A stretch of DNA of 32,000 bases from Cylindrospermopsis raciborskii Cr2010 (lineage in GTDB: Bacteria > Cyanobacteriota > Cyanobacteriia > Cyanobacteriales > Nostocaceae). Positions within the stretch are counted from its first letter, which is position 1. Every line of letters begins with the position of its first letter. The position numbers were made by a program, and so were the translations under genes. The notes under the pieces were generated by a model that saw only the letters and a program-made list of their open reading frames with translations, was not told the origin of the DNA and made no database searches. The stretch lies in assembly GCF_003367075.2 (NCBI RefSeq), contig NZ_CP065936.1, positions 540,001 to 572,000 on the forward strand, read 5' to 3'. This document shows, in pieces, positions 8,501-14,991 of this stretch.

Positions 8501-10297
8501 ACCCAAATTGAATTAAATAGACCTACAGCAGGAGCGACTTTTGATTTGACCCTGTCGATGCAAGAAGTAAATTTAGAACTCATAGGAGCCTTTGAATATA
8601 ACGCCAATTTGTTTGACACCACAACCATCGCCCGCATGGTAGATAATTTTCAAACTTTGGTGGAGTCTATTGTTAGTAATCCTGATGAAAAGGTGGGAGA
8701 ATTACCATTACTCTCAGCAGCGCAAAAACATCAGCTACTTGTGGAATGGAATAACACACAAACTGATTATCCTCACCAATGTATTCATCAATTATTTGAG
8801 CAACAAGTAGAAAGAACACCAGATGCGATCGCTATCCAATGGGAAAATCAACAACTTACCTATCGGGAGTTAAATAATCAAGCCAATCAACTAGCCCACT
8901 ATTTGCAGTTTCTGGGTGTTAGTGCACAAACTTTGGTGGGAATTTATTTAGAGCGATCGCCTAAAATCATCATCGCCATGCTAGGGATCCTGAAAGCTGG
9001 AGGTGCTTATTTACCATTGGATCCTAGCCATCCGAGCGATCGCTTGACATTTATGCTGCAAGATGCAAAAGCCTTTTTACTTTTGACAGAACAGCAGCTA
9101 GGGGGAAAACTGACCAATGTTGAGCAGATTTGTTTAGATCGGGACTGGTCCATCATTGCCCAAAGGAACCAACAGAACTTGAACTGCGATACTACCCCGG
9201 ATAATTTGGCTCATGTTATTTACACATCAGGGTCAACGGGTCAACCTAAAGGTGTGATGGTTACTCATTGCGGGGTAGTGCGGTTAGTAGTCAATACTGA
9301 CTATGTAAACTTGCAACCGACAGATGTAATTGCACAAGCTTCTAATACTGGCTTTGACGCTGCTACCTTTGAGATTTGGGGAGCATTACTCAATGGTGCA
9401 AAACTCGTAATTCTCGATAGAGAAACCATACTATCACCACGAGATTTTGCCAGTAGCTTACAAACCCACGGTATTACCATCTTGCTTATCACGACCGCAC
9501 TATTTAACCAAATGGTTCAACAAGTACCGATGGCATTTCGACATTTACACTACTTATTAAAGCAGTTGGCCTATTGGGTAGAGAAATTAACCAATACCTC
9601 ACAAATAGCTGATAATTTTTCTAACATTCCGCCACAGGTGAGTAGGAGTGCATCCGTTTATTCCATAGTTTTATCAGCCAGTATGGTTAGGTCAATTGAA
9701 GCCTTCAGTCTTGAGCAAAAAGTTACTATCTTTGTGATTATCATCACTGCTCTGAACATACTTTTGTTTAATTACAGCGGTAAAAACGATATTTTAGTAA
9801 TGACAACAGTTGGTAATCGTAGTTCAGTGGAAACTGAAACAATGCTCGGTTGCTTCATCAACGATGTAATTTTGCACTCTCATTTCTCATCTGAGGAAAC
9901 CGCACTTACTCTTCTAGAACAAGTCCAACAAACCCTCATAGAAGCAATCAACAATAAAGAAATTGCCTCTCGAACAGTCATTGACACTATCACCAGTAAA
10001 CAACCACTGAATATCTCTGCATCCCTAACTATGTTACCCCCACAAAATTGGCATAACCGGATGTTGGATTTTGAATTTGTATCGATTAAGCGTGATCTGA
10101 GTTTATGGGATGAAGAAATTCCTTTAGAAATTTATGTTTCTTCACCTTCAGTAAATAATCCCACCATTGAAATTAAAGTTTTTTACAGCACGGAGCTATT
10201 TACAAATGATACTATAGAGTTTATGTTTACTTATTACCAAGAAATTCTCCAAAAAATTGTGCAAAATCCAAACAGACCAATTACCCAATTTGGATAA
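5561..10297 (+). CDS. Non-ribosomal peptide synthetase with apparent domain order A-PCP-C-(half A)-(half C)
   Basis: A core motifs LKAGGAYVPLDPAYP, YTSGSTGKPKG, GRIDFQVNIRGMRVE; PCP NFLELGGHSLL; C motif HHIISDAWS, GTSLFMTLQAAF, DLPFDTLVE; second A (YLERSPKIIIAMLGILKAGGAYLPLDPSHP, YTSGSTGQPKG) stops near FRHLHYLL and continues as a C-domain-like KQLAYWVEKL segment. Confidence 0.93.
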   Translation: MIYSQNKSVHELFMQQVEKSPDAVAIIFENQQLTYGELNCKANQLAHYLQSIGVGPEVFVGLCVTRSIEIVIGIMGILKAGGAYVPLDPAYPQERLAFMLEDAKPKVVLTENQCLEALPIINATVLCLDADWQKIEQQSEDNPSCDVTPDNLAYLIYTSGSTGKPKGVQMPHSSIVNYLQGITKIIPVDNQDIYLHTASFSFTASVRQLFLPLSQGAAVVIATREKTRDPLRLFELIETQEVTICDGVPSVWRYGLMALESLDKKYTVAIGESKLKYLIFGGELLPYQLIKKLRNLFQTPPQFFNILGQTETIGNAFYPIPENCDIEQGYVPVGNPLQDMQQVYVLNSQLEPVKNGESGELHIAGGTLARGYLNRVHANAEKFINNPFNPQQKLFKTGDVARHCQDGTLEILGRIDFQVNIRGMRVELEEIEAILKLHPSVREGAISLREDIPGDQRLVAYIVPNTQTLDLAEIRNFIEHKLPDYMVPNAFVLIEKLPVLPNGKLDRNNLPVPNLSAGISNFVAPRNPQEELIANIWGEVLGLEKVGIYDNFLELGGHSLLASLVVSRLREALSLELSISILFEAPTIASLSEKVTTFQDDFHPTNSLPILQPVSRTAESPLSLIQQRFWILDQMEGANAAYNITRALHLFGSLNLMALQQAVQSIIQRHETLRTSFGISEGKPVQFIAETLSFTLPLVDLQTLAEVEREAELQRLITAEYTEAFDLSQAPLLRVKLIRLESNSHILLVTMHHIISDAWSVAIFFKELSSLYGNSPLANLPVQYADYAYWQRQGLQNDVINTQISYWKQQLADAPSIIELPTDYPRSAVQTFRGSIHRFRLGNDLTNKLKILSQKSGTSLFMTLQAAFVTFLYRYTGQEDIVIGSPITNRNRQALESLIGFFVNTLVLRTRLENNPTFKQLLSQVRQVALDAYVHQDLPFDTLVEALQPKRHKNLSPLFQVMFVLQNSPLEKFNLPGLNVTQIELNRPTAGATFDLTLSMQEVNLELIGAFEYNANLFDTTTIARMVDNFQTLVESIVSNPDEKVGELPLLSAAQKHQLLVEWNNTQTDYPHQCIHQLFEQQVERTPDAIAIQWENQQLTYRELNNQANQLAHYLQFLGVSAQTLVGIYLERSPKIIIAMLGILKAGGAYLPLDPSHPSDRLTFMLQDAKAFLLLTEQQLGGKLTNVEQICLDRDWSIIAQRNQQNLNCDTTPDNLAHVIYTSGSTGQPKGVMVTHCGVVRLVVNTDYVNLQPTDVIAQASNTGFDAATFEIWGALLNGAKLVILDRETILSPRDFASSLQTHGITILLITTALFNQMVQQVPMAFRHLHYLLKQLAYWVEKLTNTSQIADNFSNIPPQVSRSASVYSIVLSASMVRSIEAFSLEQKVTIFVIIITALNILLFNYSGKNDILVMTTVGNRSSVETETMLGCFINDVILHSHFSSEETALTLLEQVQQTLIEAINNKEIASRTVIDTITSKQPLNISASLTMLPPQNWHNRMLDFEFVSIKRDLSLWDEEIPLEIYVSSPSVNNPTIEIKVFYSTELFTNDTIEFMFTYYQEILQKIVQNPNRPITQFG

Positions 10298-10357
10298 TTA
10301 CAATTCCATGCCTGTTTTAACTGCCAAATTACCTTGCTAACTGAAAATATTGAAATA

Positions 10358-10480
10358 AGTAGGGAGGCACAATTATTTGTATTTGTAGGATGGGTCTCGT
10401 TCCTCGACCCGTGCGGGCGTTGGGTTTCATACTTCAACCCAACCTACGTTCATCTTATATTTAATTTCACCCACCCACTT
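10358..10480 (-). repeat. Dispersed MITE/REP-like element, copy 5 (outer hairpin loop inverted)
   Basis: aagtagggaggcacaattatttgta...gggtctcgttcctcgacccgtgcgggcgttgggtttcatacttcaacccaacctacgttcatcttatatttaatttcacccacccactt. Confidence 0.85.
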
Positions 10481-10500
10481 ATACAGTCATAACTGTTACT

Positions 10501-11904
10501 ATGTTAGATAACGACCCAACAGAATTAAAACAAAAACCCAGTTTTGCATCATCTTTATTTAAGTGGACTGGGGACCGTTCCAATCAGCAAGCAGAGAAAG
10601 CTCCCAGCATGAGCGTTTTTGTCCTCATCTGGATTGGCCAAGTATTATCTCTGGTTGGCTCTCGCATGACCAGTTTTGCTTTAAGTATTTGGCTTTACCA
10701 ACATACTAATTCAGCCACCCAATTCACCCTCCTAATTCTATCAACGACTTTACCTACGATTATTATCTCTCCCATTGCAGGAGTAGTTGTTGACCGCTTT
10801 CCCCGACGCTGGATTATGATTATTAGTGACTTCTGTGCTGGTTTATGTACCTTAACTATTGCTTGGTTATTTATGAATAACCAGCTAGAAGTGTGGACTC
10901 TGTGCCTAATTAGCGCCTTTAATGCTAGTTTTAGTGCATTTCAAGCCCTCGCTTATTCTTCAGCTACCACATTATTAGTCCCAAAAGAACAACTGGGTCG
11001 CGCCAGTTCCATGACCCAAATTAGATTAGCTGTTGCAGAAATTCTCTCACCAGTGGTAGCAACTGTACTCTTAGTGAGCGTTGAAATTCCCGGAGTGGTT
11101 CTCATTGATTTATGTACTTTGTGTTTTGCCTTGCTTTGCTTATTGGTCGTGAATTTCCCCGAAGTTAAAACCAAAGAAACTGAAACCGAGGAAGCTGGTT
11201 TATTCTCTTCATTCTGGCAAGAATTATCCTTTGGATGGTATTATTTTATCGAGAGACCTGGACTAATTGGCCTAGTCTTTCTTATTGCAATCGCCAACTT
11301 TCTTATTGGTGGTGCTGAAGCTCTCACCACACCTCTAGTTCTTTCCTTTGCTTCAACAGAAGCACTAGGTACAATCTCTTCCATAGCAAGCTCTGGAATG
11401 TTAGTTAGCAGTTTTATCATCAGCATCTGGGGAGGACCAAAGCGCCAAATCAACCTCATCTTTACCTCGATGTTTTTCTTAGGTATATTCTATATTGTAG
11501 CCGGGTTACGTCCTAACCCAATTCTGTTTACCATCTCCGATTTCTTTATATTTCTTATGGTCCCCATTGTTAATGGTGCAATCCAGGTAATTTATCAAAA
11601 GAAAGTTGCTCCAGAAGTGCAAGGAAAAGTCTTTGCCTTCCGCATAGCAGTTACTCAAGGTTTTCTACCCCTTTCTTTTCTGCTAGCAGGACCACTAGCT
11701 GATCAACTATTTGAACCCTTTATGCAAGCTGACGGACCAGCAGCAAACACCATTGGACAAATAATTGGTATTGGCCATGGTCGCGGTATTGGTTTAATGT
11801 TCGTCATCATGGGCCTATTTAGCATCCTTTTTACTTTCATTTGCTACTTTTATCCCCGTCTGCGTCTTGTAGAAGATGAGTTACCAGATACAAGGTTGGG
11901 TTGA
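10501..11904 (+). CDS. MFS transporter, likely exporter associated with the adjacent NRPS
   Basis: VFVLIWIGQVLSLVGSRMTSFALSIWLYQHTNSATQFTLLILSTTLPTIIISPIAGVVVDRFPRRWIMIISD; ~12 hydrophobic segments; adjacent and co-oriented with the NRPS. Confidence 0.88.
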   Translation: MLDNDPTELKQKPSFASSLFKWTGDRSNQQAEKAPSMSVFVLIWIGQVLSLVGSRMTSFALSIWLYQHTNSATQFTLLILSTTLPTIIISPIAGVVVDRFPRRWIMIISDFCAGLCTLTIAWLFMNNQLEVWTLCLISAFNASFSAFQALAYSSATTLLVPKEQLGRASSMTQIRLAVAEILSPVVATVLLVSVEIPGVVLIDLCTLCFALLCLLVVNFPEVKTKETETEEAGLFSSFWQELSFGWYYFIERPGLIGLVFLIAIANFLIGGAEALTTPLVLSFASTEALGTISSIASSGMLVSSFIISIWGGPKRQINLIFTSMFFLGIFYIVAGLRPNPILFTISDFFIFLMVPIVNGAIQVIYQKKVAPEVQGKVFAFRIAVTQGFLPLSFLLAGPLADQLFEPFMQADGPAANTIGQIIGIGHGRGIGLMFVIMGLFSILFTFICYFYPRLRLVEDELPDTRLG

Positions 11905-11965
11905 GTTTAATACGAAACCCAACCTACGTTAATCTTATATTTAATTCCACTGAGCCACTTAATAA
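11892..11965 (-). repeat. Dispersed MITE/REP-like element, partial copy 6 overlapping the 3' end of the MFS gene
   Basis: aggttgggttgagtttaatacgaaacccaacctacgttaatcttatatttaattccactgagccactt; lacks the outer GGGTC hairpin. Confidence 0.7.
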
Positions 11966-12031
11966 TTTCTGATACTATATTGACATGGGGTAATTAACCC
12001 ACATCTAATAAATTATGCGAACAGTCCGGTT

Positions 12032-12961
12032 ATGGTAAGTAAAAAACCCAAACCTCAGAAAAAAAAGTCTTCCGACACCCTAAATAGAGACTGGCACCGC
12101 CTCTTAGGAATGTTTATGACCGTCCACTTCTATAATAGCCCTTATGAGGTAGAAGTAGAAAAGGATCTAACCATCAGAAAACAACTGCTAGACATCATAG
12201 TCATTAAGAGATATAAAGACAGTGGATTCAATTTGTATCCAGCAGGTTTAGAAAACATGTCTAAACACAACCTAATCAGCTATAAGTCCATTCATGAATC
12301 ATTCACAGTTTGGTCACTAATGGAACTAATAGGACACTATGTCAATTATCGGAAGCAAACAAGTAAATCCTTGTCGAACCTGCTACCAGAGGAGGATTAC
12401 AGACTGTACGGATTAACAACCCACGAACCGACCCAATTAATGGGGAGATTAAAATGGAAAACTGTCAGTGAAGGGGTTTATGATATAGAATGTGTTAGCA
12501 TGAACGTGAGACTGATAGTGCTGTCGAAAATACCCAAAAGTGTCAACAATGAGTTGTGGAGACTGTTTAGTGCGAGAGCAGAAGTGGTGGAAGAAGCGAT
12601 TAGCCATTATCAAGAAAGTTATCGCAAGAGCGAGTATAGCATATTAATGCAACAACTATATGAGTTTTACTTAAAGGAGAAACTGCCAATGACATACACA
12701 TTAGAGCAATTCAAAAAAGATTTTGTAATAAGTCACTTGAGAGAGATACCAACTGAAGAAGTGTTGAAGCAATATTCTCCCGAAGAGGTATTAAAGCAAT
12801 ATTCTCCCGAAGAGGTGTTAAAGCAATATTCTCCCGAAGAGGTGTTAAAGCAATATTCTCCTCAGGACCTCCTAGAAGGACTTTCACCAGAGACGCTACA
12901 GCACTTGGCAGTTATTCTGTCTCAATTGGGTGTCAACCAAATAAAAAATCAGGAGCAATGA
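12032..12961 (+). CDS. Rpn/DUF4351-like family protein (putative transposase/nuclease-like) with C-terminal 9-aa tandem repeats
   Basis: MTVHFYNSPYEVEVEKDLTIRKQLLDIIVIKRYKDSGFNLYPAGLENMSKHNLISYKSIHES...LMGRLKWKTVSEGVYDIECVS; shares its 3' flank with the end of the tandem Rpn array. Confidence 0.55.
   Translation: MVSKKPKPQKKKSSDTLNRDWHRLLGMFMTVHFYNSPYEVEVEKDLTIRKQLLDIIVIKRYKDSGFNLYPAGLENMSKHNLISYKSIHESFTVWSLMELIGHYVNYRKQTSKSLSNLLPEEDYRLYGLTTHEPTQLMGRLKWKTVSEGVYDIECVSMNVRLIVLSKIPKSVNNELWRLFSARAEVVEEAISHYQESYRKSEYSILMQQLYEFYLKEKLPMTYTLEQFKKDFVISHLREIPTEEVLKQYSPEEVLKQYSPEEVLKQYSPEEVLKQYSPQDLLEGLSPETLQHLAVILSQLGVNQIKNQEQ
12755..12862 (+). repeat. 27-bp in-frame tandem repeat x4 (EEVLKQYSP)
   Basis: gaagaggtgttaaagcaatattctccc repeated four times with few substitutions. 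Confidence 0.97.
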
Positions 12962-13085
12962 TATTGGGATCTTAAAACTGTCAACACACAACAACCGTTC
13001 TTGGGAACTCTATTTTCAAATTCCCACCTGATAATTACCACATTTTTTTTGAGTCCGCATTAAGCGATCGCATTTTATTTTAACT
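12961..13085 (+). repeat. Dispersed non-coding repeat A, second copy
   Basis: Matches 4192..4360 apart from a deletion in the middle. Confidence 0.85.
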
Positions 13086-13156
13086 CGTAAGTAAGTCTAT
13101 TGCACCTTTATAACTTTATAAAGTGTTAGGAGAAAAAACCTACTCAAAAAACCTAC

Positions 13157-13783
13157 TCATTGTAAACCTATATATTTGTGTGTTTGTAAAGAAAGTTTAT
13201 AATCGGGTTTTTGTTGTAATAACTGCAAAATCAGAGCCAGTGATTTTGATGAACTATTCCACTCAGGTTGTAGGTAGACACACAAATCAGGGTGTGCGGA
13301 TAACTGTTCTTGATAAAAATCAATTTCCTGACCAGTTTCTATAACTATTTTCGCTTCATTAGCTCTACTCCAAAACTGATTCTGTACTGGATATTTAGGG
13401 TTAATATGTTCCTTGGGAGATAGGGTGATCCAAGCTGATAAAGGAACTTCTTTCCAAAAAGATCCTGATGTTTCAATATTAACTTGTTTACCAGCATCTA
13501 ACAAGGCCTCAACTAATTCAGGTAAATGCTTGTGAATGAATGGTTCTCCACCACTAATAACTATTCTCGGAGATTTTAGTTCTGCTAGAAGCTCACCAAT
13601 GGTACGCTCAAATCGTGGTAAGTTTGCCCCACCATCCGCATAACCAGTGTCACACCAAGGACAGCTCAATGGACAACCAGACAAGCGAATAAAATCTACT
13701 AAAGAACCAGTCCAATACCCTTCACCTTGAACTGTACTCTGAAAAGTTTCATGAATGGGTAGCTTGATTTCTAAAATCGACAT
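13157..13783 (-). CDS. queE: Radical SAM 7-carboxy-7-deazaguanine synthase-like protein
   Basis: N-terminal [34 protein letters not shown] (CX3CX2C cluster motif), [13 protein letters not shown]-terminal [13 protein letters not shown]. Confidence 0.88.
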   Translation of the reverse strand: MSILEIKLPIHETFQSTVQGEGYWTGSLVDFIRLSGCPLSCPWCDTGYADGGANLPRFERTIGELLAELKSPRIVISGGEPFIHKHLPELVEALLDAGKQVNIETSGSFWKEVPLSAWITLSPKEHINPKYPVQNQFWSRANEAKIVIETGQEIDFYQEQLSAHPDLCVYLQPEWNSSSKSLALILQLLQQKPDYKLSLQTHKYIGLQ

Positions 13784-14007
13784 TTCTCTGGTTTTCTACT
13801 CATAAGGTGGATGACTATATTTTCTTACGAGAAAATATTCTCAAGTTTATTTTATACCAATAAAACTTACCTAAAACTACTCCAATTGAACTTTTAAGAA
13901 AAGTTGAGTTACTTGTATATATATTACAAAAATGAGTCAGTCCCAAGATTTGGAATTACACTGCAGGTACATCAGATAAATAGCATAATAATAAGGAGTC
14001 GAAGTTT

Positions 14008-14160
14008 ATGATGATCTCCAAATCGCTTTCTAGAGTTGTTCAATTTCTCAGTGAAGCTTTTATGCGCATATTCAGCCCCACCGATGATGCTTATCCCATG
14101 ACTGGTTTTCAACCTTTTACCGGTGTACCCTATAAGAGGGGTAGATTAGCATCCTGGTAA
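14008..14160 (+). CDS. Small 50-aa hypothetical protein, not in the supplied ORF track
   Basis: ATG at 14008 preceded by aaggagtcgaagttt (plausible Shine-Dalgarno AGGAG); translates MMISKSLSRVVQFLSEAFMRIFSPTDDAYPMTGFQPFTGVPYKRGRLASW*. Confidence 0.5.
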   Translation: MMISKSLSRVVQFLSEAFMRIFSPTDDAYPMTGFQPFTGVPYKRGRLASW

Positions 14161-14174
14161 GTGGATATTACTAC

Positions 14175-14301
14175 AGAACCGCGCTACGGTCTATAAACCT
14201 AACTGGTTGAATGATCCTAGCGCTTTGACTTCTCTATCAAAAAGAAGCTTTGCCAATTGATGCTTCATAAGAACCACGCTATGGTCTGCAAACCTATCTG
14301 G
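14175..14301 (+). repeat. Pair of imperfect ~32-bp direct repeats (14175..14206 and 14270..14301) upstream of brxB
   Basis: agaaccgcgctacggtctataaacctaactgg vs agaaccacgctatggtctgcaaacctatctgg. Confidence 0.75.
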
Positions 14302-14388
14302 ATAAAACATAACATAAAATATAATAGCCCCTCCTCAAAAATGCGATCGCCTGTTATACTAGTTCTTGAGTGCTGCTAACCTAAACAG

Positions 14389-14991
14389 ATGTCTAAATTG
14401 AGTATTCAGGAACGATTAAATCAACTACTACCTAAACTACAAGACTCCCGACTGTTGGGCAATCGTGGTATTGGCAATGAGATTGGTTTCTACGTTTTTG
14501 ATTATGCTCCAGAAGATGAACTATATGTCCAAGAATATACTAAAATACTTATTTCGCAGTTAACTAGGGATCCAATAAATCTAGTCGTTAAAGAATTCAA
14601 TCTGTATAACATAATCCTAGAGATATTACAAGAAAAAGGAATTCTCAATAAAGCTTTTATTGTAGAAGCGAAAGAAGGACACAAATCTCTCTGGAATAAA
14701 ATCCAACCCATAGTTAGACCCGAAAAGGTGATTACTCAGATCCAAAACCATCTCCAGGGGAACGAACAATTAGTATTCCTGACTGGAGTTGGAGCGAGTT
14801 GGCCCCTAATTAGATCCCACAGTATTTTGAATGGTCTACAACCTTATCTTGACCACATTCCCTTAGTGCTGTTCTTTCCTGGATCCTATGATGGACATGA
14901 ACTCTGTTTATTTAATACCTTTAAAAGTGATAACTATTATCGAGCTTTTGCTTTAATACCACATCATGGAGCTGTCTATGAACATTGCTGA
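14389..14991 (+). CDS. brxB: BREX protein BrxB (DUF1788 family)
   Basis: LQDSRLLGNRGIGNEIGFYVFDYAPEDELYV...FLTGVGASWPLIRSHSILNGLQPYLDHIPLVLFFPGSYDGHELCLFNTFKSDNYYRAF; directly upstream of and overlapping brxC. Confidence 0.9.
   Translation: MSKLSIQERLNQLLPKLQDSRLLGNRGIGNEIGFYVFDYAPEDELYVQEYTKILISQLTRDPINLVVKEFNLYNIILEILQEKGILNKAFIVEAKEGHKSLWNKIQPIVRPEKVITQIQNHLQGNEQLVFLTGVGASWPLIRSHSILNGLQPYLDHIPLVLFFPGSYDGHELCLFNTFKSDNYYRAFALIPHHGAVYEHC

Noticed and set aside
12755-12862. CRISPR-like short regular repeats
   Set aside because: Units are contiguous with no spacers and keep one reading frame; this is a coding tandem repeat.
13157-13783. queE as part of a 7-deazaguanine DNA modification (Dpd-like) defence system
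   Set aside because: No dpdA, tgt-like, ATPase or helicase partner lies nearby; the sequence looks like ordinary QueE. Kept only as a low-interest check.
13931-14388. Possible brxA remnant upstream of brxB
   Set aside because: No reading frame longer than about 50 aa and nothing I could recognise as DUF1819; not called without an HMM search.
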